A stretch of DNA of 64,000 nt from Epiperipatus broadwayi (Eukaryota; Animalia; Onychophora). Below are positions 12,051-25,100 of the stretch, piece by piece (the stretch's first letter is position 1; the number at the start of each line of letters is the position of its first letter). A program made the position numbers and the translations under genes. The stretch covers positions 7,316,001 to 7,380,000 of the forward strand of contig JAQFVV010000003.1 in NCBI GenBank assembly GCA_028023455.1, given 5' to 3'. Under the pieces are notes generated by a model that was not told the origin of the DNA, made no database searches, and was given only the letters and a program-made list of their open reading frames with translations.

Positions 12051-14289
12051 TAACGAAACACTTCCCAAACGTTATCAATATTATTACAGATCTCACCCCA
12101 ATTTTCTTTTCACTTTCACACAGTAAGCAAAAAAAATTTAGTAGCAACAGATTTCCCAGATGATGTTTAGAAAATATATAAACTTTAACTTATCTTGTGA
12201 AACAAATTAGTCATATCAGCAGCACCACCTGGCTTTATACATCAGGAAATAAACCAACACATATTTAAAATACTATTTTATTTTACCAAAGAATTATCAT
12301 CATCACATACAATCCCTATTTGTAGTGGCAAGCTAGATCATTGAAAACACAAATTTCTCCTAATGAATAAGAATAGACCACACAATCTTACATTTAAAAA
12401 AAAATTAACAAATTATACAACAATTGTTTGATTATAAATATAATTATTAATTGATGTACAATTTATTTTCTTCAAACAAAGTCCCTTTAATCTATATACA
12501 TTAGTGTCTTATTACATACATGCAGAAAGGTAATTATTATATATAAATGCCCAAGGTTTCATTGCCCAGTTAATATTCATGTAGTTATAAATAATAAGAG
12601 TATATTGACTATATAGTGAACCCCAACTTCAATAGACTCAAAACCCAACTCTACACATATGAACCCATAAATATAAAACATTTCTACGGTTGACAAGTTT
12701 CCTAGTGTCAATACATACATATATTCTATATGGGATAGACATCAACACTATCTTGATAACAATAATTATATAATTCAATTTTAAATTGTAAATATCAAAC
12801 TAACTCTACCTACATCTTTGACACCATCCAACTTTAGATAAATGCAGTATTGAAGTTATTTAATATATTTATTAACAATAATTATAATGAATGTTTATTT
12901 TTTAGATCCCAATCCTAATACAATAAAGGTAAGTGCTATCTTTATATAACAACTATAAGGAATGGCCTTTGAGTCCTACTCTAATTCAATAAAATTTCTT
13001 TACCTAACAATAACTATGAGGGTAGCCTTTTAGATCCTAATCGTAATTCAATGAAACTACAACTTATACAAGGATGACTCATTCTGAGACCAATCCCTAA
13101 CTTATTAAAACTAGATAGAAATTATTATCCCATATATATGTGAATATATATTAACTATTTATCAGTAAACAAATAACAACATACATATAATTCTCTGTAA
13201 TCAAATATAGTTAACTATGTACGAATGGGTGATCGATATAATTACATCATTAACTATGATTATTTAAGACTTGGATAATTCATGCATGAGCATTGCATTT
13301 TATATTTTATTATTATTATTTCTTTACTCTTTCCTTTTTAAATAATAATTTGAATAAAGTTCATTTAAAAAAAGTTGTTGCAATATTACAACATATATAA
13401 TAACAAAGCAATTTTTTTCTTTTTCAAAACGAATAATTCCTATACAAATATTTGGACTACAAACGTTAAATATAAACTCAAAATAGTTAACATAAAGTTT
13501 AAACAGTTTTTTTAAATATAAAACAAAACAAAATAACTGTCATTTATTTCTTCTTGCTAATAAATATTAAAAAGTTCATATGGAATTATAATATACTTTC
13601 ATGATTTCCATCTCTGCTATTTGAAAGCAGCATTATTCTTCATTTTCACCAAAATTATCTGAAGTAGTCCAAGTATTCCAGGTTAGATGTAGCTAGCTGG
13701 CTTTGGTTCTTTCTTTTATTTCTATTCACTAAAAATAGTGTTTTGATAGATTTGAATGAATCAAGAATCCAGTCTGAATGAGTAAGAAAAGAAAAACGGA
13801 TTTTATATAAAACTTAGTTCTTTTTGAACAATTCATTTCAGTTCTCTTTTTTTTTAAAAAAAATTGCATATTACTTTGATTGTTTAGAAGGAAAAAAACG
13901 TTTTTTTATTGAAATGAAAATAGATTGTCCATTTCAAATTTTTGAACTTGATAACAAAAAAAAATGATTGTACATATTTAAAGTTTATTTCATATCCATT
14001 TGGCATTTTATAAACTATTTATCCACCATAAGATTGTTCAGCCATTTTTTGGTCTTAAATTTTATCTGGAGGCTTTTTTATGATGACTGGAGGGCAGGTC
14101 TATTCCATATCAAAGGGCTTCTTGTGATTCTTTTCCTAGATTGATATATAATAGGTATATCCAGGTATTTGATAAAATCTCCTCTAGTCAGGTTGGCTAA
14201 AATTTATGGACCCTAATATATCTCCCATTCTTTTGATGGTTAACCAATTATTAGGCAACATGATATGCTAAATATTGGTCAGTAAAGTA

Positions 14290-15939
14290 TGTCTTATGAT
14301 ATAAATAATATGTTTTCTGGCAGGGCAAAAGCTGTGAAGGATCTTAATTTTGCCACCCGCCTTAAAAAAATTTCAGATATGCTTTCTCCAGTAGTTGATT
14401 TATATCGACCTTAAGATATTTGCTGAAGCATAATATCCTGCCATTCTTCACTCCAAAATCCTAGTTAAAATTGCTTCTTCATACTCATTGTAAGTATCAA
14501 GATGGTGGTACCTTGAGTTCTACCAGTCTTTGACTGCATCACTTAAATAATTTGTAGCAATGATGATTTTTTTTATTTATCAATTAAAGTATGGAATGTT
14601 ATAAAGAGAGCATATGGAATGTAAATAATTCAGTAAATCCATTTAAAAAACAAGTGGGTTTTCACAAGGCAACCCTTTAAAAGTTTTTATTTGTTCCAGC
14701 TTGAAAATGTTCAAGTTAGTTGGTATATTATTCATTTTTAAAATATCATTTCCTTGGATGGCATCTATTTACTAGTCAGCAATATAAAGTTGTTTCTGTT
14801 CTTCATGTTCATTTGGAATATTATTATTATGGTAATAATCTATGCACAGCCTTATTTGGTTTTCTTTCTTATATAATGCATAGAAAATGCCAATTTCTGC
14901 TCTTCTAACTTTTCAGTTCACCTTAGGAGATCTTCCATCATGTCAGCTTTAAATTTTGATTTGTTTATCTTGATTCCAAATTCTTGGTAATGTGCTGAGT
15001 TTCTTCAAGTTGTTTTTTGGTCTCATATTTATTTTTTAAAACTTTCTCCTCCATTTCTTTTATTTCATCTTTTAAATAAACATGGTTTTCTTCTCTAGAT
15101 TGCATTATTTGCCCAATCTTTTCATTTATCTTATACTGATTTACCTCAAATTTTTGATCTAATGTTTCTAGTTTTGATTGCATTTGTTTCTGAATATGTT
15201 CCATCTTTTATGATTATCTTCTATAGTTTTGTTGCTCCATCAATCTTGATTTCATTTGTTATTGGTTATGGTCCAATCTCGATACCATCTGCTTTTGATT
15301 ATGTTCCATACATTTTTGATTATCTTCCATAGCTCAATTTATTTGCATTATCTGTTTTTGATATATAGGTTATATGAGCACAGACTTTCACATGACCCAC
15401 CACTCTCCACACTATCTCATAACACTGATACACTTGAACACATATATACCCTATATATTACATATATATACACAGGTATAAGCCTGTGGGTTTCAGTTAT
15501 CATCTGTTTTTGATTATTTTTCACAGTTCAGCTTATTTACTCCATCTGTTTTTGATTATTGACTATAATTTGGTTCATTTGTTTTATCTGTTTTTACACC
15601 CTTAATTTCATTTGTTTTAATTAGATGTTCATCATCTGCATCATATCCAATTGTGATGATGTAGTATTCTCTTGTATTTTTATTACTTTTTTTTAACATC
15701 TTTGTTTTATTTGATTACATGAATCACTATCTGGTTGGACAGTGTCCATATCAGAAGTCTCTTTGTTTTATTTGATTACATGAATCACTATCTGGTTGGA
15801 CAGTGTCCATATCAGAAGTCTCTAAACTATCTTCTTCACAGCTTGTTTCAGAAGTGTTTGTTTCCATCATTGCATGATTCTCTTTGTCCTTTTTATTTTC
15901 ATTCTCCATTTTAGTAATCTTCAAAATTTTTAAATACAA
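14290..15939 (-). pseudogene. gag: Degenerate gag of the second LTR element
   Basis: Coiled-coil ORF 14965-15204. IKTFKGLPCENPLVFLNG, FWSEEWQDIMLQQI (14415-14458) and RVAKLRS match the first element's IQVFAGNPGESPMEHLNS, YWSEELQEDMLHRI and QVAKLRM. Confidence 0.75.
15700..15821. repeat. Perfect 61-bp tandem duplication
   Basis: CTTTGTTTTATTTGATTACATGAATCACTATCTGGTTGGACAGTGTCCATATCAGAAGTCT occurs twice. Confidence 0.9.
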
Positions 15940-18502
15940 TAAACTTATTATGTTTAATATTCCATCTGTTACTTTTAATATATGAGAACTATAAACTGTT
16001 AACTCTTAGTTCAATAGAATTATAACTACATACACAATAAACTTATTATTTCGATATGATTATAACTGGATATATCACTAACTGATCTAGACTGTCCCTA
16101 GAAATAACTTGGAAATTCAACATGAACTTGAACACCTTTTTCCCAGAACAATTTGCTTTCTTTATTGTTTTTTATTGTTGTTTTTTTTTACAGTATATAT
16201 ATATCGTCTGGTCAACCATGCCATTCATCAAACTCAGGCAAACAGGAATTTACAATAATTGAAAAACGAAGCCTCTGCTCTGGGCAAACCAAAAATTTAC
16301 AAATAATGGATATTACTATGTAACGGTCAGACTAACACATTTCAACTATTTACATTTTCTCTATTTATTTACATGTTACACGGGTGCAATCTGGCTTTAA
16401 ACATTAGGAAATAAATCAATACATATACATTTAAAATAATATTTTATTTTGCCAAAGAATGATGACTATCACATACAATCCCTATTTGTAATGTCAGGCT
16501 AGATTGCAGAGAGCACAAGTCACTCTTGATGAATGAGGATAGAGCACACAATCTTACATATAAAAAAAATTAACAATTTATACAACAATTGTTTGATTAC
16601 AAATACGATTATTAATTGATATACAATTCATTTTCTTCAAACAAAGTCCCTTTAATCTATACATATTACTGTCTTATTCCATAGACATAGAAAGACAATT
16701 ATTGCACATAAATGTCCAAAGTTTCATTGACAAGTATAATTTTAATCTTCATTTACATTATAATATTCATATAGTTATGAATAACATAAATCATTGACTA
16801 TATAGTGAACTCCAACTTCAAAAGATTTAAAGCACAATTCTATGCACACATGAACCAATAAATATAAAATATTTCTTTGATTTACATTTCTTAGTGACAA
16901 TATATATATATATGGAATAGACATCAATGCTATCTTTATGACAATAATTATAATGTTTTTTAATCCTAATCCTAATTCAATAAACACAATCACTATCTTT
17001 ATATGACAAAACCTATAAGGGGTAACATTTGGATCCTACTCTAATTTAATAAAACATCTTTACCTAATAATAGCTATGAGGGTGGCTTTTTAGGTCCTAA
17101 CCCTAATTCAATACAACTCCAACTTATACAGGAATGGCTCATTCCAAGACCAATCTTGAATTTATTAAAACTAGATAGAAATATATTCTTTCATTTGGAT
17201 ACAAATATATGTGAATTATTTAACAGTGAACAAACAACTGCATATATATATAATATAAATTCATCTACATAAAATTTAATTCTCAGTAATCAAATATAGG
17301 GTTAACTATGAATGAATGAATGAATGATGAATATAATTACATAATTAAATACGATTATTTAAGACTTGAACAATTTATGTGTGAGTATTGTATATTACAT
17401 TTTATTATCATTATTTCTTTAATAATTTGAGCAAAGTTCATTTCAATATATTTAACAGGTATTTACAATATTATTCACTTCAGAACTTCAGTAACATATA
17501 TAATAACAGAGCAAATGTTTTTCTTTTTTAAAACAGACAATTTCTATAGATAATATCCAGATTATAAATGTTAAATATAAACTCAAAATATTTAATATAA
17601 AGTCCAAATAGTCTTTTAAATATAAAACTTTCAAAACAAAATAGCTATCATTTATTTTTTCTTTCTGATAAATATTAAACAATTCATATGGGATTATAAT
17701 ATACTTTCATGAGTTCCATCTCTGCTATTTGAAGCAAGAGTTGTTCTGCATTTTTACCAGAAATATTAAAAGTAGTCCAAGTCTTCCAGATTAGATTAAG
17801 CTAGTCGGTGGTGTTCCTTTCTTTTATTTCTATTTATTAAAGATGGTGAAAGTTTGATACATCTGAATAAAGAAAGAATCCAGTCTGAATGATTAAGAAA
17901 AGAAAAACTGATTTTATATAAAACTTAGTTCTTTTTTGAACAATTCATTTCAGCTGTCTTTTTTAAAAACAAAAATTGCATATGACTTTGATTTGCTTAG
18001 AAAAAAAAAATTTTTTTTTATTGAAATGAATAATAGATTGTTCATTTCAATTTTTTCTGAAGGCATGTTAAAACAGTAAGGCACTATAACCAATTAGTAT
18101 TACCTGATCATGATAATACTGAATCTTTTTCATCATAAAATTTAGTTACACAAATAAGTCACAATTTTATTTGCAGAAGTATAGTACCAATTGTATCACC
18201 ATCAACTGATAAAATCATATATACAGTTTGATAATAATTAATAATGCAGTCAAAAGATACAAAAAAGCAAAAGTGATCTCTGCTAATAAAAATCTATCTT
18301 AGAAGTACACCTAAACCTCAATTAGCAATTGGCTACTTAGCAATATTTCACAATAGCGATCATCATCAATTTGTACCCACTATTTCGATTTACAATCAAT
18401 TATTCACTATAACGATCGGGAAATTTTTTTTTAAATTTAGAACGTATAAACTTAAAATATATATAATTAATGAATCTATAATACTATATACTGTACATAT
18501 AT

Positions 18503-18601
18503 GTGTTGAATGTCTTTAGAAAAATTAAACTTTATTTAAATATAATGTACAGTACTTGGATTATTTAAATAAAGTTTAATTTTTCTAAAGACATTCAACA
18601 C
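18503..18601. repeat. Perfect 40-bp inverted repeat with 19-nt loop
   Basis: 18503-18542 is the exact reverse complement of 18562-18601. A related single arm lies near 30927-30965. Confidence 0.9.
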
Positions 18602-19074
18602 TTATATTAGATGATGGAATAGTCCAATATATAAATACAGTACAGGACAACTAAAATACCATCATCACAAACTTATTTTTTAGAACACCTGGCAATTATG
18701 TAAAAATAGTTATTGATTTTATAACTTCATTAAAAATGTTGTTTATATCCAAGTGGTTTCAAATAAAAAAAAAAAAATTTTAAAAGTCGAATGTTAAATT
18801 AGAAAAAAGCTTAAGGAAAAAAAACAGATTGCATTTAAAATAAGTGTTAATGAATATTTTTTTTAATATGTACTTTATTCCTAAGTTAGTGTCATTTTTT
18901 AGCTTTAGGAACTGACTAATTTTTTTTCCATAGACTCCCATTATAAATACGTATTCTGTATACAATATTCTTGCTTAACGATCAGTTTTGGAGAACCAAT
19001 TGCCATCACTAAGGGGGGTATATCTGTATATTCTTATCTTTCTCCTTTTACTTTCTTTGCATTTCTTCATATAT

Positions 19075-19330
19075 TCATATATATTGCTTACAATAACTCC
19101 CCTCGCATACACTTTAATGAAAAAATTTTTTAATGATTCCTTTATTTTCCTGACAGTTTTGACAATCCTGCAGTCTTCATTAGAGTGATTTTAAAAGGTA
19201 GAGGAGATTAAGATCACTCTGATGAAGACTGCAGGACAGTTGAAACTGTCAGGAAAATAAAGGAATCATTAAAAACATGTTTTGCATTAAAGGGTATATG
19301 AGGAAAGTTATTTAAGCAATATATATATAA
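19075..19330. mobile_element. Fold-back element with hammerhead-like core in each arm
   Basis: Arms 19075-19189 and 19213-19330 are inverted copies. Confidence 0.75.
19213..19257 (+). ncRNA. Hammerhead-like motif (weak helix I)
   Basis: CUGAUGA-A-GACUG/CAGGA/CAGUU-GAAAC-U-GUC at 19219-19250. Helix I has only 2 bp. Confidence 0.5.
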
Positions 19331-20082
19331 ATCTTATTTTTTTAATAACTGAAAATTATTTAGATATGTGTGTAAAAGAAAATTAAAATCAGTTGCCACG
19401 TAAGCACATATTTAAACCATAGAACTTATATTTTTGAATTTTCAATAATCTAGTAAAATATCTTTCCTCCCACCCTCATATAAAAATAATTATGCAAACT
19501 ATGTATAGTCACTTGCCTGCCAAGTACAATTCTGATAAGAGTAGTTTTATTCAAAAAGTTTTTAATTTCTTTTAATTATATCTCATGCAAATTTTTGATT
19601 GAAGTTCTGTTAAAAGATTCCTATGAACAGAGAGCCTATTTTTGAGCTTAACTTGAGAGTTAACTAACCTGATTAAAAAAAACTATCTATTTCTTAATCT
19701 TTCTCAATATTTTGAAGAAGAAAAATGTTAAAAGATGTTTGGTTTACATAGGCTATTTTCAGAATATTATTTTTATACATATTATTTTAAAATTGAATTA
19801 GATTATCTTGATTCTGAAATTAATTTATAATTAGCACTAAAAGAATAATTATGTAAATTATCATAATTAAATGTATTTATTATAATTTTTAATATGAGCC
19901 AGTTTTTGTTTATTTATTTACTTAAAATGTAAATTTCCATAAATGTAACGTCTTTTTTTTTTTAAAAAAAAAAAATTAATTAAAAATTACAAACTTTAAA
20001 AAAATCTCTAAGAAGATAAACAGAAAACAACATTGTTACAGAAACTAAGTAATAAGAAAACTTTCCATTTAATTATCACCAA

Positions 20083-20154
20083 GCGTTGGTAGCCTAGTGG
20101 TTAGCATAGCTGCCTTCCAAGCAGCTGGCCCGGGTTCGCTTCCCCGTCAACGCA
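20083..20154 (+). pseudogene. tRNA-Gly(TCC)-derived repeat
   Basis: The cloverleaf has anticodon arm GCTGC-CTTCCAA-GCAGC. The T-loop reads TTCGCTT (A58 replaced by C) and there is one T-stem mismatch. Followed by TTTGAC and a TA-rich tail. Confidence 0.8.
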
Positions 20155-20617
20155 TTTGACATATGAAAAAATATATATATACTAATTTCAAATATACAAA
20201 ATTTTATTAATACCAAAAATTATGCCTTTTACACTTGTTAGAGAAGCTATATTTATTAAATAATGACAGGTTGGTTCTGCGTATAAAGATTAAAATAAAA
20301 AAATTCTCATATTTCTAAATAAATAGATATTCCATCTATTTACAATCTACGAAAATATACTTTTTTTAAACTTATAAAAATTAGATTAAATTTCTCAAAA
20401 AGATGCACAATTTAAATTACAAATATTTATATCTAATTCTATTTGTACAGTTTTAACAATTACAATTTTATATGTTAATTCTCATTAACAACTTCATTTA
20501 ATTCTTATTTAAAGTTTGTACACCATCAATAAATAATTGTGAGATCAAACAAACAAATTTTCTCAAAACATATTTTCTACTTTTTAAAGACTTATATATA
20601 TATATATATACGTCAAA

Positions 20618-20689
20618 TGCGCTGACCAGGAAGCGAACCCGGGCCAGCTGCTTGGAAGACAGCTATGCTAACCATTAGGCCACCAATGC
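20618..20689 (-). pseudogene. tRNA-Gly(TCC)-derived retroposed repeat with TSD
   Basis: Same A58C change, TTTGAC and (TA)n tail. 14-bp direct repeat TACTTTTTAAAGAC at 20578-20591 and 20695-20708. Confidence 0.85.
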
Positions 20690-21251
20690 TTGATTACTTT
20701 TTAAAGACATACGATGAAGTTAACATTTTAATATATATATATTACTAGAAAAATAGAAACATGTTTATTTGTGATTTTTTTAGAAACCTAAATCATCTCA
20801 TCACATACATAAATAACTACAGCTCTAAAAATGAGTTTTGCAATGAAAACATAAATTAATCTGTGAACCACAAATATGTCCACATATAGAAAATGCCAGC
20901 CCATTTTTCAGTTATTTGATATTCTGAGAGTGTCTTTTAATTTTTCAGAGAAAACGTTTCTTTCTGAAATACTTAAACATCATGTCTAATTGTAGCTGTG
21001 CAATGTATTCCATTTTCTGCCATATTTTCCCAATAAAAAAAATCAATATTGTACTTTTTAGAATGTCTTTAAGATAATCCTTATAATATGGAAGGAATAC
21101 CTTACACATAAAAATCAATGCTCACCACAAAACATTTGTTTGGGAAGTCTAATTTATTCACTTTACATGTGAAATTTAATGAAGGCATCATCTTCCAATA
21201 CTAAACTCAATAAACCACATTTGACTTATTGATTGGTTTTATGATCTTGCT

Positions 21252-21424
21252 ATTACAGGGGATTTGAACACAGACTTTCAAGAACCCTCTAGTCATCCAC
21301 TCTATCTTCTAAAACTGGCGCACATGACCACATACATGTGAAAAAGATAAATGTGTGTCAGTGGTATAAGATAGAGTGTATGTCTGAAGCGAACTTGAAA
21401 GTCTGTATTCAAATCTCCTCTAAT
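21252..21424. mobile_element. Fold-back fragment related to the 47.5-48.5 kb hammerhead repeat
   Basis: Inverted arms (GGGGATTTGAACACAGACTTTCAAG / CTTGAAAGTCTGTATTCAAATCTCC). Shares CATGACCACATACATGTGAAAAAGATAAAT with 48075-48105. Confidence 0.6.
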
Positions 21425-21589
21425 TATATCAAGCTTCAGTACATATACATTATACTTTCTTGCTTTTGTATTTTTAAAATTTTATGAAGCATCCTTTAAA
21501 ATAAAAAAATATTTTATATTGTGTGATATGGTGATTAAGTCTCAATTCCATACAATAAACTAGATAAAATAATAGTTCTATATATATTA

Positions 21590-23145
21590 GCCTCTATATA
21601 CATTAGCACCAATGGCTGTTTCCTTGCTATGAAGTACTCTATCTTTTAACATGAAAGCAGCAGCACTACATGAAGATTATTTCAATATCTACATCAACTT
21701 TTCTGTTTATAAAACTATCAAGATATCTAAATTGGTTTATATTATCAAGTTAATAACTACCGAAGCTAAAAGTTGCCGACACCTTTTCTTTTTGCTGACA
21801 AAGAACTTTGTATTCAAATCATTAAATATGTTCTATAAATCAGCTTTTGAACTAACAAAAATTGCATAACCATTCAGTAAATCATACATTTAGAATTTTT
21901 AACTGATTCACATTAAAAAATTCTATCGTCAAACTCTTTATTTCATATTGATATCTGCCTTTTAAGCCACCTACAAACAGTTCCAAAAACAACAGTTCTA
22001 AAAATTTTAAACAACATTGGAGCAAATACTTATTCATGTTTAATATTGGTTTTCATTCCACCTTCAGTAATAACACTTCTTCTCATTCTATCATATAGAT
22101 CATATAGAAGCATTGGTTACTCTGTTTAGCACAGGTGGCACTACTATATGGAGTTTTGCTTTGCTTTGAATCAAATTCCTTGACCAAATCAGTGAAAGCA
22201 ATTTATATCTTTCTTTTTGTTCCCAATACTTTTCTTGCATTTATCTGGAAACAAAAACCATGTCTACAGTGTTTCTTCATTCTCTAAAACAGCATTAAAT
22301 TTCAGGCAACTGTTAATCTATGACTGAAAACAATCTATTTAACAAAATCCTTGAAAATATATTTGCTGTACTGGATAATAACCCATGAAAACTATTGCGA
22401 TCTTGTCTATTTCATTAATTTTTAAAATTGGAACAATAGAAGTATTCTTAAATTCAGGCAACATAAATTCATGAATCCATTAATTCCTAAAAAAAAAAAA
22501 AAAACTCCACAATTTTTGAATCTAGCATATTACAACATACTTTAAAACTTCTCCAGCTGATTATCAGGACTTGTAGCCTTTCCATTTTTAAGATGATAAA
22601 AAGCTGTTTTGACTTTATTAAAGTAGATATGTTAGACCAAATCTAAGTAAATTGATAATATAAGTATATCCTTAAAAGTCTTCATCTCATTTTTTGTATA
22701 TTCAGAAGATGATTAAAATACTTCCACCTATTGAAAATATCATTTTCATCATATAAGATAGTGCCATTTCTGAATTTAACAAGATTGTGACACCATTTTT
22801 CTGATTCATGTTACTTTAAATGCATCAAAAAATATCTAGATGATCACAACCAGAAAGCATCTTCTTTACCATTTTAATCTACCAATTACTTTTAAGCCTA
22901 TCATTGAACTTCTGCCTTCAGATCTCTATCTTTTATTATGAAGTTCCACATTTAATTAATTACTCAGCCAAATAAAAAATGCCATCTTTTCTTATAATCA
23001 AATTATTAAAATCATTGTCAAAAAACCAGTCATGATCCTTTTTTTAAGTGAACCAGCAATAGATTTATGTCATAACACATTATTTAAAAGAATTCCATTT
23101 TCAGTAATATGACAATCCTGGATATCCAAATTAGCAACTTTAGTC
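21590..23145 (-). mobile_element. Decayed RTE (BovB-like) LINE fragment
   Basis: Translations: NENG-like ENGILL, DWFFDND, IFSRILLNRL..LPE..CFR..RNTVDMVFVSR.MQEK, AFTDLVKEFDS, VFAPMLFKIF. A 53-bp piece of the hammerhead family is inserted at 22111-22163. Confidence 0.75.
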
Positions 23146-23449
23146 AAACCACTAAACATCACATGATCACCATTTCTTATGCTTGCTCTTAACTGTTATT
23201 AAAACAGGCAAAACAATCCATACAGTAGTGCCACTCAGTGCAAACCAGAGTAATCAATGGATGTCATATTTAGGTGCAGTGCTCTCAGATCCAAGGTTCC
23301 TCACTGATGAAGGTCACAAGCGAGAAACTAGTCTGAAGATATTGATGAGTAGGCATTAGATAGGAATTTTATGCACAAGCCTTCTGGCATCCATTGATTA
23401 CTTGGGCTTGCAAAGAGTGGCACTACTGTATGGACAGTTTTGCCTTTTT
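23146..23449 (-). mobile_element. Fold-back hammerhead element, family HH-A, copy 1
   Basis: Homologous to 61521-61953 and 63012-63179. Approximately 13-bp TSD TA(G/A)CAACTTTAGT at 23132-23144 and 23450-23462. Confidence 0.85.
23289..23345 (+). ncRNA. Type I hammerhead ribozyme, decayed stem II
   Basis: UCCUCA-CUGAUGA-AGGU/CACAA/GCGA-GAAAC-UA-GUC^UGAAGA. The core is intact, and stem II has two mismatches. Confidence 0.65.
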
Positions 23450-24699
23450 TAACAACTTTAGTTCTTAATAACTGCTGAAATTTAGTAAGTAAAGTAGATA
23501 GTTTTAAGTTAGTAAGAAAATAGATACTTTTAAAAAATGAATGAACATTAATTTTCTTGTGAATATGATTCGAGTAAGATTTACTTTTTAATGAATATAA
23601 CATTTTAAGTGTAGAGCATATTAATCTATTATCCATCCAATAATCTGCACATATAAGTGCTTGTGTAATATGCACTTCTCTTGTATTCTGACTCCTAACT
23701 AATAATGTAATCTATTAAATGCCATCATTTTGAGCATGGATGCATTCATATTCCTTTATAGCCAACTTTCCCTTAAAAGTCAATTTTTTTCTTCTTGGAG
23801 ACTCTAATGCATATGTTGAAATAAATAGCAGACTTTAACCAAAAGTTTTTAGAAATAATGGTATTAGTGAAATATAAATTCAAATAGTCTAATGTTGTTG
23901 AATTTTTGAACAACATATGGAATAACTATTACAAAAATATGTAACTAAAACACTCATATATCTGTTAAGGTCTATAAAATAACCTTCAAATAGATTATAA
24001 GTAGATCACAAAACTGTTAATAAATTGTTGATGTTCATAGCAATAGGAATATTTAAGTTATTACCAGGCTAAATTTAATTATTAGATCTTCTTTGCATAC
24101 AATTTTAATTTTGTTTAATCTGATAGGAAATAAAGTTTATTCTTTGTTGAAAAAATAAATGAATATTAGTGCCTGAATAATTATGATGCACTGTTGATAT
24201 GAATGATCTTATTTCATGTTGTCAGCTACTTGGCACATTTCTGTGATCAGATCATTTTTAGTTTGTCTTTTAAATTATCAATAAATGGTTGCAAGCTTTG
24301 GGTGATGAGTAGATACAAGAAATGGTTCCATATAAATTAAGATATAGATGTAACTGCAAGGCCCTTGGAATACATTTTAATCATTTGGAAATATTACAAT
24401 TAAAGATGCTTTCAGAATAATATTGTTTATGAAATAGAAACAAAATAAAATTACTATATTCAAAAATATATGTTTAAAGTATAGTGATATTTTTCAATTG
24501 AAAAGAAACAACTGGATCACAACATCAAAAGTAAAACTTAAATTCAATACCCTTAGATATATGGCACTATTTTCATCTCTATCATATTACAATAGTTTAC
24601 ATTGACATTCCCAAAGCATAAAACCAACTTAGATAGCCATTTAATTATTGGTCATAGGTTTGGTATCTAGATATGCTCGCTTAAACAGTAAAACAAGAA

Positions 24700-25100
24700 A
24701 GAAAAATTACGTTTTTTATAGATCAACATTAACCTTTTCTTTCACTGCTACTTTGTACAAAGATATTGGATATACTTTTGTCCCATAGCTGGGCTAATTA
24801 AAGGTTATTGTAGAAGCTATTTTTATTATTGGATGGTTAGATGGATCAATTGTAAACCAGCTATCTAAAAAATTTCCTAAGCTTTAAAGCAAATTCTTAG
24901 CTACCTAATACATCTATGTTCTATTAAATTTGATACTAGTCACAGAAATGACAAAGAATCATTAAGACTGAATCTATATCAGTAGCTTTTTTGCAGCAAT
25001 AACCAATATTCAAAAATTTAAAAAATAAAGTTCCATTTGGGAAAAGTTCTATTGTAAATAAATGTTCTAAAATGCTATTTCACAATATTTCAATTTAATT
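24700..25100 (-). mobile_element. Possible hAT transposase C-terminal remnant
   Basis: Degenerate translation (LFPN..FFKF...SVTS...WDKSISNIF..RK) resembles the hAT dimerisation region. Many stops. Confidence 0.3.

Larger units (their letters stand above)
10589..18056 (-). mobile_element. Older Gypsy-related LTR element with gag remnant but no recognisable pol
   Basis: Direct repeats 10589-13943 (interrupted) and 16319-18056, ~80% identical by eye, both starting TGTAAYG on +. The interior carries a gag remnant on - and a degenerate iMet-like PBS at 16267-16291. No PPT was found. Confidence 0.6.

Noticed and set aside
20083-20689. Functional tRNA genes, or a MITE with tRNA-derived TIRs
   Set aside because: Stem mismatches, A58C and the absence of a terminator argue against genes. 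The second copy has its own TSD and the spacer is not symmetric, so these are separate insertions.
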